Positions 1 to 11,100 of a stretch of DNA of 64,000 bases are shown here, piece after piece. The notes under the pieces are model-generated. The model did not search any database. It was not told the DNA's origin and was given only the letters and a program-made list of their open reading frames with translations. The position numbers were made by a program, and so were the translations under genes. Each line of letters begins with the position of its first letter. Positions within the stretch are counted from its first letter, which is position 1. The DNA is from a virus. The stretch lies in IMG/VR virus record IMGVR_UViG_3300042691_041392; one strand, 5' to 3'.

Positions 1-176
1 TTGGTTCCGTTTAAAGATAATCTTTGATTTTGACTTCTATAAACACCATTTCTAATTAGATTAAAGTCTGATTGTGAAATCTTTATTATAGGATTATTTG
101 GATTATTTTTATCAATAATCCAAACTTTATTATCAATATTAACTATTGTATCTAAATCAAAAAAATGTGCTTTCAT
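1..176 (-). CDS. Partial (runs off window) possible HAD-like protein, MKAHFFDLDTIV...
   Basis: Read manually: ATG at 176 (minus), open to position 1; FFDLD resembles HAD motif I. Confidence 0.5.
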   Translation of the reverse strand, partial: MKAHFFDLDTIVNIDNKVWIIDKNNPNNPIIKISQSDFNLIRNGVYRSQNQRLSLNGT

Positions 177-415
177 TAATAATATTTATTAATTTTATAT
201 TTTATTTCATGTGGCATACCATCAAATCTAGAACCTTCATATTCTTTATCCTTCCATTCGATACCACCACTTAGTTCATTCTCAAAACTTCTACACTTAG
301 AACAATTTTTAGGTGGAACTAAATCACCGTTTTCATTTTTAACCATTTCATGTTCTTTATATTCAAATCTGGCTTTACACCAAGGACTTTGACATATCTC
401 ATATTTTGTTTCCAT
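176..415 (-). CDS. Small zinc-ribbon protein
   Basis: CQSPWC...PKNCSKC Cys pairs; TAATATATA upstream. Confidence 0.55.
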   Translation of the reverse strand: METKYEICQSPWCKARFEYKEHEMVKNENGDLVPPKNCSKCRSFENELSGGIEWKDKEYEGSRFDGMPHEIKYKINKYY

Positions 416-432
416 ATTTTATATATTAAAAT

Positions 433-457
433 AAAAAACCCATCTTGTGATGGGTTT
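433..457. terminator. Intrinsic terminator hairpin
   Basis: AAACCCATC-ttgt-GATGGGTTT with A-run, giving a U-tract on the minus strand. Confidence 0.7.
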
Positions 458-461
458 AATT

Positions 462-914
462 TTATTTTATCATATTCTTACTTAAAGCAAAATCATACAA
501 AATAGGAAGATTTAAATACTTTAAAAAATTTTCTTTTATATCGTTTAAGGTTTTAGACTTTTTAACTATATTTAAAATTAGATAACCAAACTCCTCTTGA
601 AAATCTAAATATAACTCAGACCAAGGTTTATTATAATTTTCCAATGTTCTCCATTCTAAGTATCCACCAGTTAACCAAAAAAGTGATTTACCAGGTGATA
701 AGTTTTCATAAACTATATCATTAATTTCCAAGTCCCAAATTGCCTCATTAGAATCCACATTTCTCATTAAAATAGCCACAGCTTCTGCCACATCACTTGT
801 TAACTCTTTACCAATTTCAAAGAAGTATTCTTTTTCCTCTTTGGAAACACTAACAATTCCTTTATTGTAGATGTTTTTTCCAATTGGCTTTAAACCAACT
901 TTTCTCTTTTTCAT
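462..914 (-). CDS. Hypothetical protein
   Basis: 150-aa ORF with normal composition. Confidence 0.6.
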   Translation of the reverse strand: MKKRKVGLKPIGKNIYNKGIVSVSKEEKEYFFEIGKELTSDVAEAVAILMRNVDSNEAIWDLEINDIVYENLSPGKSLFWLTGGYLEWRTLENYNKPWSELYLDFQEEFGYLILNIVKKSKTLNDIKENFLKYLNLPILYDFALSKNMIK

Positions 915-930
915 AATTGTTTCTTATTTT

Positions 931-1230
931 TTATGATTGATAAGTAAGTAAATTAATACCACTTAACCATTTACCATAGAACATACCATTTTCAAAAATT
1001 CCATTTTCCCACACACCGTAGAATTTACCATTTTTGAATATTCCATAATGCCAATTTCCAGAAATATACTCACCATTTTTCCAAATAAGAGTATCTTTTT
1101 TAATTTCTATTTCAGCATTTTCTATTTCAGAATCTAAAAGCCAATAAAATTTATTATCTTTGAGTATTTTGATTATTTGAGACTCTGTTGTATAAGTCTT
1201 ATTATCATATTTCAATTCACTATATCTCAT
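931..1230 (-). CDS. (W/F)xxGx pentapeptide-like repeat protein
   Basis: WKNGEYISGNWHYGIFKNGKFYGVWENGIFENGMFYGKWLSG. Confidence 0.6.
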   Translation of the reverse strand: MRYSELKYDNKTYTTESQIIKILKDNKFYWLLDSEIENAEIEIKKDTLIWKNGEYISGNWHYGIFKNGKFYGVWENGIFENGMFYGKWLSGINLLTYQS

Positions 1231-1277
1231 ATCTAAGATATTATTTTAACATATATATTTAGATTTTTTTCCATCAA

Positions 1278-1325
1278 TTTTTCAAGTCTTAAAAAATCCA
1301 TAGTTTTTTCAAGTCTTAAAAAAAA
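1278..1325. repeat. Two direct copies of TTTTTCAAGTCTTAAAAAA upstream of the 931..1230 gene
   Basis: Seen directly at about 1278-1297 and 1305-1323. Confidence 0.6.
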
Positions 1326-1335
1326 TTTTTTAAAT

Positions 1336-1368
1336 AAAAAAAGAGAGACTTAAAAAAGTCTCTCTTTT
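1336..1368. terminator. Intrinsic terminator
   Basis: AAAAGAGAGACTT-aaaa-AAGTCTCTCTTTT downstream of the AIPR-like gene. Confidence 0.8.
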
Positions 1369-1389
1369 ATATTCATTTTCAATAACTTA

Positions 1390-2544
1390 CTAAACCATAA
1401 TGGAATTCTTTTCGAGAATTTCTTTCAATCTTTTTAATTCCATATCTTTTTTGTGACTGTTCATTGAGTTTAATTCATTCTCTATATTTGAGAATATAGT
1501 ATTACAATTTGACTTAGATCCATAATATTGAGAGTCTAACTTTTTATCACCAGATTTAGCAATTTTCCAAACATTATCCATAAATAATTTAAAGAATCCA
1601 TATGATGAATCATTTGTAATATCTTTATATTGATTATAGTATCTTTTATAAGCTAATACTAAAACATTCTTAGCATAACCAGGTCTTCCAGTATCATAAA
1701 AATTATTATCATGATAAGACTTATAATTAATATCAAACCAGTTATCAATTTCTTTAGATAACTCAAACACTGATATCATATCACTTGGTGAAATAAAGTC
1801 AATAACATTACCTTCAAAGTTTTCAATTGCCTCACTTGCAGTTACCCAAGGAGTTTCATTAAAATAAGCATTAATAATATTATAATAGTTTTGCGACCAT
1901 AAATTTATAACATTATCACCAGCTATAGTGATATCCTTTTTATTATTTAAAATATAACCTAGTTTATCCAATTCATCTTTCATGTCATTCCAATCATTTG
2001 AAATTGTATCTTTGTTACCGATTTTATTAGAAGTGTTATGAGAACTACAAGAGTTATAAGAATCATCTTCATCATAACCAACCATTATCTGTAATTGTAT
2101 GTAAACATCATCACTAATAGGAAATTTGTTATCAACAAAACTTGAAATTGATATTGTTTGTTGACCATTCCCAAATCCATGATATCTTTCAGATAAAATA
2201 ATCTCATACTCATTATTTTGAATTTCATTTATAGACCCACATATTAACAAACCACCACCATTTCTATTATAGAAGTTTATAGAATCTAATGAACCATTTG
2301 AAATACTAACTAAAGTATCATTTATACCAACATGTACTTTATTTTTTTTAGAATTTTTAGAATTTGTTAATAGTCCTCTTACATTAACATCATAAATCTG
2401 ACCATTAAACATTTTATGTGTATCCACTAATTGTTTTAATTGAACAACAGCTGAATAACTTCTACCCTTTGTAGAATTACTAGGAATTTCCACAATTGAG
2501 TGGAATTTTAATTTAAATTTTTTCATAAATTTTTTATATAACAT
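1390..2544 (-). CDS. AIPR-like (abortive infection phage resistance family) protein
   Basis: NVRGLL...INDTL...FYNRNGG...NGQQT matches the AIPR NVR / F..NNG / NGqQT motif order. Confidence 0.55.
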   Translation of the reverse strand: MLYKKFMKKFKLKFHSIVEIPSNSTKGRSYSAVVQLKQLVDTHKMFNGQIYDVNVRGLLTNSKNSKKNKVHVGINDTLVSISNGSLDSINFYNRNGGGLLICGSINEIQNNEYEIILSERYHGFGNGQQTISISSFVDNKFPISDDVYIQLQIMVGYDEDDSYNSCSSHNTSNKIGNKDTISNDWNDMKDELDKLGYILNNKKDITIAGDNVINLWSQNYYNIINAYFNETPWVTASEAIENFEGNVIDFISPSDMISVFELSKEIDNWFDINYKSYHDNNFYDTGRPGYAKNVLVLAYKRYYNQYKDITNDSSYGFFKLFMDNVWKIAKSGDKKLDSQYYGSKSNCNTIFSNIENELNSMNSHKKDMELKRLKEILEKNSIMV

Positions 2545-2663
2545 TATTTACTCTCATGGTGGTAATAAACCAGACACTTTAACGATTAATGTCAAACGGT
2601 CATCGCGAATAACAATAGTTCTATTTTTAATGATTAAAAAGTTTAAATTTTAAAGCAAGAATT

Positions 2664-2672
2664 TAATATATA
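2664..2672 (+). promoter_or_regulatory. Putative phage late promoter TAATATATA (representative of about 20 copies)
   Basis: Same 9-mer about 5-45 nt upstream of starts at 4840, 19210, 31324, 40103, 41961, 42817, 56731, 57248 (+) and 420, 17916, 19174, 34447, 38487, 40076, 50605, 55148, 62162, 63671 (-); one more at 14235 lies about 90 nt upstream of the tube gene. Confidence 0.65.
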
Positions 2673-2690
2673 AAAAAAATATATTATAAT

Positions 2691-3407
2691 ATGAAATATT
2701 TAAAAAAATTTAATGAAGAGTTAGATCCAATGACTTATAGAAGAGCAGCTGCTAAAATCATAAAAAGAGCTGAAAAGGATCCTTTTTATGATATGGAAAC
2801 TGCTAAAGCAAGTGCTGAAGAACTAAGAAATTGGGCTTCTAAAAGAGAAGATGATGAAACTATCGTAAAATGGCATAAAAATATTGAGGAGTTTAAAAAA
2901 TATGGTAAAATAAAAGCTAATATAAATGGTAAAGTTGGAGATTTTTATCTAAACCTAACATTTGATAGAGATGCCACTTTAGATCAATATGAAGATACAG
3001 AAGGTTCAGAACTTAATATTGGTTTCTTTATTGGTTTAATACCAGTTGATGAATCTACTAAAGATAAGTTTATGGATGAATTTGATGATTTTGGAAATGG
3101 GTTCTTTTGGGCATCAATTTTAAATATTAAATTTTCTATTGAGTCTGGAACATATAAATTTGAAAAAATAGAATTCTTTGATTATGGTGATTCTGTATTT
3201 AAAATTGCTGATGCTCCTTCTTCAAAAAGAGTTAAGAAATTAATAATTGACTTATTCAATAACCCAACATTAAATTATCCGTCTGGATATACAGATTATG
3301 AATATTTCTATGAGTTATTCGAAGAAGTTGTAATACCTGTTGTATCTGGTGATACAGGTATTACGATGGAAGCAATTGCTGAAGAAATTAAAAAAATTGG
3401 ATCATAA
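2691..3407 (+). CDS. Hypothetical protein with N-terminal capsid-targeting-like tag
   Basis: Starts MKYLKKFNEE. Confidence 0.6.
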   Translation: MKYLKKFNEELDPMTYRRAAAKIIKRAEKDPFYDMETAKASAEELRNWASKREDDETIVKWHKNIEEFKKYGKIKANINGKVGDFYLNLTFDRDATLDQYEDTEGSELNIGFFIGLIPVDESTKDKFMDEFDDFGNGFFWASILNIKFSIESGTYKFEKIEFFDYGDSVFKIADAPSSKRVKKLIIDLFNNPTLNYPSGYTDYEYFYELFEEVVIPVVSGDTGITMEAIAEEIKKIGS

Positions 3408-3433
3408 ATCCAAAATAAAAATAAACTATAACT

Positions 3434-3610
3434 ATGAACATTAAGAAATTTAGTGAAATCAACGAAGCTAAGAAGGAAGACAAAGTTGAGAAAATTGAAT
3501 CTTATATCGAGAAGAATAAGAAAAACAAATCATCTTACGAGATGTATAAAGAATTGAGAAATGATTTTTCTGAGAAAGATTTGAAAAAATACTTCCATGA
3601 TAACTATTAA
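3434..3610 (+). CDS. 58-aa protein not in the ORF track, with capsid-targeting-like tag
   Basis: Manual translation MNIKKFSEINEAKKEDKVEKIESY...FHDNY*. Confidence 0.7.
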   Translation: MNIKKFSEINEAKKEDKVEKIESYIEKNKKNKSSYEMYKELRNDFSEKDLKKYFHDNY

Positions 3611-3624
3611 AATAAATTAAAATT

Positions 3625-4221
3625 ATGATAAGTAAATCTAAAGAAATTGCTAAAATTAAATTACCAGAATATAAAGGAGATAGAGTTTATATGCATGAAT
3701 TCCTTATTGAAGATCCTAAAATGCCAGCAGGATACGAAAGATGGAACGAAACATTAAAAAATATTGTAGCTCACTCACCTAAGAAAACTGGTAAAGCTTA
3801 TATCACTATTGATGAAAAATTAGTTAAAGCTGGTGAATCTCATAGAAGAGGTGGTGCACACGTTGATGGTAACTACCTATTTGGTTGGGGTGGCGGAGGC
3901 GGCTGGTTAACTGGTGAAGATGGTAGAGTTTTACCAAGAGAAAAACACATACAACAATATTGTTCTGATAAAGGAGGTATGTTAATCATTTCTTCTTATG
4001 AAGCTTGTAAAGCTTGGAATGGTGAGTTTGAAGGTGAACCAAACCAAGGTGGTGATTGCTCACATATTGATCTTTCTAAATTAGAAAGTTACAATCTTAA
4101 ACCAAATACTTTATATTGGGGTAACAGTACTTTCATTCACGAGTCTCTTCCAATCGAAGAAGATATTGAAAGACAATTAGTGAGAATTACTCTCCCAGCA
4201 GACGCTGAAGAACTTGTTTAA
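3625..4221 (+). CDS. Putative 2OG-Fe(II)-type oxygenase
   Basis: HVD...HES...R motif spacing (HRRGGAHVDG; FIHESLP; RQLVRI). Confidence 0.5.
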   Translation: MISKSKEIAKIKLPEYKGDRVYMHEFLIEDPKMPAGYERWNETLKNIVAHSPKKTGKAYITIDEKLVKAGESHRRGGAHVDGNYLFGWGGGGGWLTGEDGRVLPREKHIQQYCSDKGGMLIISSYEACKAWNGEFEGEPNQGGDCSHIDLSKLESYNLKPNTLYWGNSTFIHESLPIEEDIERQLVRITLPADAEELV

Positions 4222-4222
4222 T

Positions 4223-4250
4223 AAAAAAGACCTCATTTGAGGTCTTTTTT
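4223..4250. terminator. Bidirectional terminator between convergent genes
   Basis: AAAAAAGACCTC-attt-GAGGTCTTTTTT. Confidence 0.85.
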
Positions 4251-4782
4251 ATTTCAATTTATTTATTTTATCTCTTAAAATGGCAGCTTTTTCATAATCT
4301 TCATTTTCTAAACATAAAATCAATTCAGATTCCATTTGTTTTAACAGTTTAGATATTTTAGAATCTAATAATTGTTTTTCTTTGATAAGTGAATCAACAT
4401 CAAATGTTTCATCTTTAGATTCTTTAGATTCTACTACTTTATCAGTTACTTTAACATCTGATCTATTTTTTGGTTTCTTAGTATCGAAAACAGTTGGTTT
4501 CATTTTCAACAAACTATCCTTTTCTTTTTTAGAAAGAATAATACCATCATTGATGACCAATCCTTTATAAGTAAACGCATTATTAACTCCCATATCAGAT
4601 TTAAGCATATAACCAACATCAATACCATTTACATCATCTAACCACAATTTAGCAAATCCATCTTTTTTTAACTTTTGAAGACAACCATCAACTAGATTTA
4701 ACTTCTCAGTTACAACTGATAATTGTTGATCATTATACATTCTCAAATCAATCAATTTAATATTTAAATCTTTTATGTTCAT
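4249..4782 (-). CDS. Protein with C-terminal UVR (UvrB/C-type) coiled-coil motif
   Basis: LENEDYEKAAILRDKINKLK. Confidence 0.65.
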   Translation of the reverse strand: MNIKDLNIKLIDLRMYNDQQLSVVTEKLNLVDGCLQKLKKDGFAKLWLDDVNGIDVGYMLKSDMGVNNAFTYKGLVINDGIILSKKEKDSLLKMKPTVFDTKKPKNRSDVKVTDKVVESKESKDETFDVDSLIKEKQLLDSKISKLLKQMESELILCLENEDYEKAAILRDKINKLK

Positions 4783-4799
4783 ATCATTAGTTATTTATA

Positions 4800-4830
4800 C
4801 AAATATAATAAAGTTTTTCTTTTTTACAAA
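4800..4830 (-). promoter_or_regulatory. Bacteroidota-type host promoter (-33 TTTG, -7 TATATTTG)
   Basis: TTTG-N19-TATATTTG upstream of 4782. Confidence 0.7.
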
Positions 4831-4869
4831 ATTATTATTTAATATATATTCAAAAAATATTATTTTATA

Positions 4870-7533
4870 ATGAGATACCTTAGTAACAGAGATCAATTTT
4901 TAAAGGAATCAAAATTTACTGGTTTACAAAAATACGAAAAAACTCCATATTCTGGTGAAGAATTTAAATTATATGAAAATGAAAATGCAGGTCCATTTGT
5001 AAATGATATCGGATGGAATGATTCACTATTAGGTAGATTTATTAATCATTTAGTAAGAAAAGCTAAGATCGCAATTGGTAAAATGAGATTAAAAGGTCTT
5101 ATAAGACAGTTAAAATCTACTTTTGATGAAATAATAAGTAGAGGTAGAGTATCCGCTATGAGTAACGAAGATCGTTTACAAATAATAAAACTTCAAGTTT
5201 ATGCCTTCTTTCATGAATTAATACAAGGGGTTAATGATGGTGAAAATATAGTAGTTCTAAAAAAACTTACAAAATCAGCTATGTCTGCTTTAAAATCAAC
5301 TGAAGATTTTGAAAAAAAAGATGATTTAATGAATGAATTAGAAGAATTCTTGAAATTCTTAGAACAATTTGGTGATAAAGAAGGAAGTACTGATAAAAGA
5401 GAAGGTCAAGAAGAAGGTCAAGAAGAAGGTGAAGGTTCCGAATCCGAAGCTTCTTATGGAACTATGGTCAAAAACTTAAAATCTCTATCTTTAATTTTAT
5501 TAAATTATAAAAAAGTTACTTTTAAAAGTAAAGAAGCATATACAACACAAAAAGGTGACACTTTTCAAAAAATACAATCTAATCCACAAGTAAATAAAAG
5601 AAAATTGGATATAAAAACTTTAAGAAGTAGAAATCTAAAAATATCTCAAAAATATCCAAAAGATAATCAAGAGTTACAACCTGGATTACAATTAGTAATG
5701 GAAAACTTTTTGTTTGAAAATACTATTGGTGATGGATCTGGTGTTGAAAGAGGTGTTATTAAATCAGGAGAAGATCACTTAACACAAGCTTATAACAAAC
5801 TTAAAAAGGATATAGAAGTTTTAATTTCAGCCAAAGAAAAAGGTATAGGAGTTGATTATAATTCACTTAGTGATTTATTGAAAAATGCTAATGATTCCAA
5901 GACTAAAAATAATATAAAATCTTTATACTCAGAGATTAAAAGATATTTAGTCGGAGACAAAAAAGGAACTCTACAAGACAAAGATGCTCTTTATAAAGAA
6001 AGTTTAAATATTTCTGTTCCAAAAGAAAGAGTTATTATTGCTGAAAAAATTGCTAGATTTGCTAAGAGAGCTTTACAGTTCAAAGGAACCAATCTTGAAG
6101 GTGGTTTAGGTGATTTAAAAGTTCCTCTTAAAGACTTCATATCATCATTAGATGAAATATTAAAATCTAAAATTAAAATTGAAGAAAATAGATTATTTAA
6201 ATATGATACGTTTACAACGTTATTAAAAGAAGCTGATGGTGATAATGATGATAACCAAGATGATGATAACGAAGTAGAAAGTCAATCTAATCAAAATGAA
6301 GGAGGATCTGGTGTATCACAAAGAGTAAGAGAATGGTTTAATAAAAATTGTAAAGGTGTTATTTCGTTCACAATTGAAGAAGCTGAGGCAAAAAGACTAA
6401 GAGTTGAATTTGATAAGGTTAAATCAACTGATTTTGTTATTGATGGATTTGATCCAATTATTGAAATAATAAGAATATTCAACAGAGCTTATAAAATCTA
6501 CACAACTAGAATAATATCAAAAAGAAGTCAAAAAGTGACGGGAGGTACCTCTGGTCCAAGTGCTGGAACAGCGATGGAATATATGCCACTAGGTAATGGT
6601 GGTGGAGAACCATACAGACACATAAAAACATTTAATATTTGGGAAGATGCTGTTTTTGATATTTTAGGAAATAGAGAATATCAAGAGATATTTGATAAGA
6701 AAACTGGTCTTCGTGTTGGTGATGAAATTAGACCAGAAAAAGGAGTTGCTTTAAGAAGATTTATATTTGATCTTCTAGATGGTAGTAAACTATATGGTAG
6801 AGAAGATGGTGGAACAAGTACAGGTATTCAATCTAAATTTTTAGAAGAATATTTTGGTGAAGTTGATGATAAAGCTAAAAATTCGGTAACCGAAATCAAC
6901 GAAGGTGAAGACGGTGCTGGTGAAGCAGCGGCAATGCAAAGTGATATAAACGATGCAGCTGTTGAAGTTTCAATGTCAAGAGATAATATGCGTATTTTAA
7001 CACCAGGAGTTGGTTATGTATTCACGATAACATCCGAAACAATAAATGAAGAAGCTTCTGATAACAGTACACAATATACTTTCATTGTAACTGGAGTAAA
7101 AGATGGTTATATAAGATTACTTTATTTTAGTAGTATTGGTGGTCTTTTCCCAATGTTCCAAAATGCTGGTAATATCAAAAGAACAAATATTAAAGGTGAC
7201 TTCCAAGGACTTAATGTTTATATAGCATCTAATAACGGAAACAAGCTATTGAAACACTACACAAAAATTAAAAAAGAAGATTTTGTTAATTTGTTCAAAA
7301 AAGATTCACAAATTTCTTTAAATCATGTAGTAAGTCCTAATTATAACACATTGAAAAAAGATAACATAAAAATAAGTAGTATTTATTGGTTATCTAAAAC
7401 AGTTGATGGTAAAAAGAAACCTTTTAATTTAGAAGGGGATAGTTTAACAAGAGCTCAACAATCATTTGATAGAGGTTCTACTTGGATGCCAAATATTGAT
7501 AATAGTGCAATAGTAAAAAGATATACTAAATAA
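4870..7533 (+). CDS. Large putative virion protein with a LysM-like domain
   Basis: YTTQKGDTFQKI...LQPGLQL; tag-like MRYLSNRDQFLKE and internal LFKYDTFTTLLKEA; late promoter; lies upstream of the sheath gene. Confidence 0.5.
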   Translation: MRYLSNRDQFLKESKFTGLQKYEKTPYSGEEFKLYENENAGPFVNDIGWNDSLLGRFINHLVRKAKIAIGKMRLKGLIRQLKSTFDEIISRGRVSAMSNEDRLQIIKLQVYAFFHELIQGVNDGENIVVLKKLTKSAMSALKSTEDFEKKDDLMNELEEFLKFLEQFGDKEGSTDKREGQEEGQEEGEGSESEASYGTMVKNLKSLSLILLNYKKVTFKSKEAYTTQKGDTFQKIQSNPQVNKRKLDIKTLRSRNLKISQKYPKDNQELQPGLQLVMENFLFENTIGDGSGVERGVIKSGEDHLTQAYNKLKKDIEVLISAKEKGIGVDYNSLSDLLKNANDSKTKNNIKSLYSEIKRYLVGDKKGTLQDKDALYKESLNISVPKERVIIAEKIARFAKRALQFKGTNLEGGLGDLKVPLKDFISSLDEILKSKIKIEENRLFKYDTFTTLLKEADGDNDDNQDDDNEVESQSNQNEGGSGVSQRVREWFNKNCKGVISFTIEEAEAKRLRVEFDKVKSTDFVIDGFDPIIEIIRIFNRAYKIYTTRIISKRSQKVTGGTSGPSAGTAMEYMPLGNGGGEPYRHIKTFNIWEDAVFDILGNREYQEIFDKKTGLRVGDEIRPEKGVALRRFIFDLLDGSKLYGREDGGTSTGIQSKFLEEYFGEVDDKAKNSVTEINEGEDGAGEAAAMQSDINDAAVEVSMSRDNMRILTPGVGYVFTITSETINEEASDNSTQYTFIVTGVKDGYIRLLYFSSIGGLFPMFQNAGNIKRTNIKGDFQGLNVYIASNNGNKLLKHYTKIKKEDFVNLFKKDSQISLNHVVSPNYNTLKKDNIKISSIYWLSKTVDGKKKPFNLEGDSLTRAQQSFDRGSTWMPNIDNSAIVKRYTK

Positions 7534-8093
7534 TGAAATATTTAAAGAATTGGTCTTTATATCTTGAAGACTTTGAAGTAAATGTTACTGACACATCGGA
7601 TATTAAGAAGGCTAAAGAGAAATTAAACACTCTTAGAAGTCAGATTGATGAGTTCAATAATAAGTACAAAACTATTGATGCTGCTTATAAAACTAATGAT
7701 CAGAAAAAAATTGATGATATGGAAAAAGCTCTCTTTGGTAATACCGATGTAAAAAATGGACCAGATAGAAATGAATTTTTAGTTAGATATCTAAATATAG
7801 CTAAAAAAAGAAGAGAGATTGAAAACAACACAAATAATATAGCATCAAGCAATGCTGATTTAATAAGATCTAAAGATATTTTAACAGCAACAACTGATAA
7901 TGAAATAAAAAACAGATATACAAAAGACGTTATACCATCTATTCAAAAAAAGATAAATACGTCAAAAGAAAAAATAAAAAATAACGAAAAGGATATTAAT
8001 CTACAAATAACTCAAATTCAAAAAGAGATGAGTAAAAGAGAAAAAGATTTAATGGAATTTATCAAGAAAATTGAAATTAAAGAAAAAAAATAG
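7533..8093 (+). CDS. Coiled-coil protein with capsid-targeting-like tag
   Basis: MKYLKNWSLYLED; TAATG stop/start overlap. Confidence 0.6.
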   Translation: MKYLKNWSLYLEDFEVNVTDTSDIKKAKEKLNTLRSQIDEFNNKYKTIDAAYKTNDQKKIDDMEKALFGNTDVKNGPDRNEFLVRYLNIAKKRREIENNTNNIASSNADLIRSKDILTATTDNEIKNRYTKDVIPSIQKKINTSKEKIKNNEKDINLQITQIQKEMSKREKDLMEFIKKIEIKEKK

Positions 8094-8152
8094 AAAAATA
8101 TCGTTTTTTACATTTTATATATACACTAAGTATAAAAAATTAAAATAAAAAT

Positions 8153-11100
8153 ATGGCAATTCAAATTGGAAAATACAAAAGACCAGGAATCTTTTTAGAA
8201 GAATTTGATAACTCGGTTATCGCCACTCCTTTAGTGGAGGGAATAACTAATATGGTTATGGGTGTGTCCAAAAAAGGACCAGTTAATACTCCTATTAGAA
8301 TAACTAATGTTACGGATTTCGAAAATATTTTTGGTACATTAGACAGAAGTCTAGAAAGAAAAGGATCTTTCTTCCACAGAACTGTTGCAAAAATGTTGGA
8401 AACTGCTCCAGTTTTCGCAATGAATTTGTTATTAACTGATGATAATTTAGATAAAATTGAATATCAATCTTTATCAGTATCATCTGATTATGCAAATGAT
8501 ATCGAAAGAGAAGGAGCATATAGAAGATTTTTTGACACAACTGGTTTCTGGAAAAGAGATACAGAGTCTTTTATTAATTTAACAAAATCAAATACTGGTT
8601 ATGCTGATAGATTATTAAACATAACTAACTTATCTGATAGATTCGCAACCGTTTTCATATTCAAATCTTCTTTAACTGGATTTGATAGAACATTAGTAGA
8701 ATGGTATGGATCTATTGATAAAATACCTGCTTATGTGAATTCTAACGATTGGGCATCAGACTACATGGTTGATGTGGTAGTAGTAGCAGGTGATTGGTCT
8801 GATTACAAAACATTAGCGGTAGACTCTAGATGGAGTGCTTACTTCAACGCAAGTGGTCTTAGAAAATCTCAAATTAGAAACTTTGCCAATGATAGAAATG
8901 TTACCTTATTAGGTTACTATGAAGGTCTTTCTTTAATTCCATATTTTAGAGATGCTAATGGTAGAAATATATTTATTGAAACTACATTAAATAGAGATAC
9001 TGATAGAACTGGTATATTCTGTTCTTTTAATGCTGATTTAGCAGAAGCTGATTTCTTTAATGGTAAAATCGACTTAATTGGTCACACAATAGCAGGTAAG
9101 AATGAAACAACTATTAACTTCTTATCCTATAACGAAACAATAGCAGAAGAAGTTGAATTTGTAGCAACTCCACTTGATTTACCAGGTAACGTAACTGCTT
9201 TAATGGGTACTTATTCAAATGGTACTCACTTCTTTGGTGGTGTTAGTTCATATGATAATGTATCAACTTTTCCAGTTGAACCAAGTGGAGTTCAAGGTGG
9301 TAGAAGTAATACAGGATTCAATAATAGAACCGCATGGTTCTCAGAAGGATATGTTTATGATGTTATGTCAACAGGAACTGCTTCAGTTGGAACATCTTCT
9401 ATATCAATTACTTATAGTATTACCGATAGTTCATATTTAGTTGTTGGTAATAACTACGTACCGGTTACTGCTACTGGATCACTTGTTGTTAATTCTACTG
9501 ATTACACATATTCAACAGTAACAGCTTCTTACTACGCAACTTATGTACTAGATTCATCAGGAGCTTTTAAAGTTTACAAAACAACTGCTCAAAATACTAA
9601 ACCAACAGTTGCTGCTACTGATACAGTTCTTTCATACGTTTTCTTTAAAACAAGATATGGTTCTATTTTAACAAGTGGTTATACACAATCAAATGTTACA
9701 TTAAATAACACCGGAGCTGGTGGTGATGATTCATACTTAGATTTAGTACACGGAACAGCATCTGGAAAAGATTACTACATCTCAGATTTAGGATCAGGAT
9801 CAATAAAAGTAAGCTTTAATAATACTAATTCTTCACCAAGTACATCAAACTACGAGGTTTATAGAAGAATTAAATTATTTAATAAATTGGTTTCTATATT
9901 AGATAGTGCTAATAAAGATAAAGTTGTTATGGTTTTAAAACCATCAAGTATATCAATAGATCCAGTAACCGGTGTTGGAAATGATAAATATAGTTTATCA
10001 GGAATGACTATTACTGATATTGTAACTAGTTCAACTCAAAACAAATCATTCGTTTTAAACACTGGTTTAACTACAGCTGATTTATCATATGTATTAAATG
10101 GTTTCTTATGTTTTTATACAGTAGATAATGAGTTTATCTTAGGAACAGAAGGTTTCAATACAAGAATGACTTCAGCAACTCAATCATTTGGTATTGTATC
10201 ACCTTACACCAAATTCTATACTCAATACTTTAATGGTAATATCAATACATCTGATTATTTCTATAACAACAGAATGACTGAAGATATTCTTGTTGCGGGT
10301 GGTACAGTGAGTGTTACTTTCTTCGACGGTGAAACTTTATCATCTATCACTGGATTTAACACTGGTGTAACTTCATCATTCGCTGGATATGATTATATCT
10401 TAATTGATACATCAGCTATATCTACATCTTTAGGAAGTAATCAAGATTTAGGATTAGAAATTGGTAAAGTTATATCAATCAGAGGAGCTGAGACAAACAC
10501 AGGAACATTTACAATTGATTCTGATAACTTAGGAGCTCCTAACACTGGAAATGGAACTGGTGATTTTAAATTATCAAGTGGAAGTAATTTACCAGATAAC
10601 TATTATGTATATAGAGTTGTTGAAGAAACTTCTTATGAAGTAGTTAACAATGTTACATTTATAAACGACCACTCCGATTACGTACATTACTTAAAAATGT
10701 ATTTAACTGGTTCTAATCTTACTGTTGACTTTAAAGATTCTTCTCTAACATCTGATGAGAGACTACATTTATATAATAACTCAACTCCATCAGAAGACTT
10801 TAGAGTAGCATCTACTTTCTATGTAAATAGTCAAGATTCTAACTATAAACAAACTTTAGAAATTGAAAGTGCTAATGGTTATACACCAGTACCTAACAAA
10901 ATACTTGTTAAAGGTGAAAGATATACCGAAGTTATGATTGGTGACTTCTTAGAAGCTGAATATGACTCTTCTTTATTAAAGATCGGTGAATATCCAAGAA
11001 AACTTACAAGAGTTTTAAGTAAAAGAGCTTACGCTGGTGATACTTCTTTAGTAGAAATTACTTGTGATGCAGCTATCAAGAAAGTAAACTTCGAAGGTGA

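Noticed and set aside
5396-5432. GAAGGTCAAGAA tandem repeat, and the TCTTCA repeats at 63360-63460
   Set aside because: Explained by low-complexity acidic protein sequence; not a separate element.
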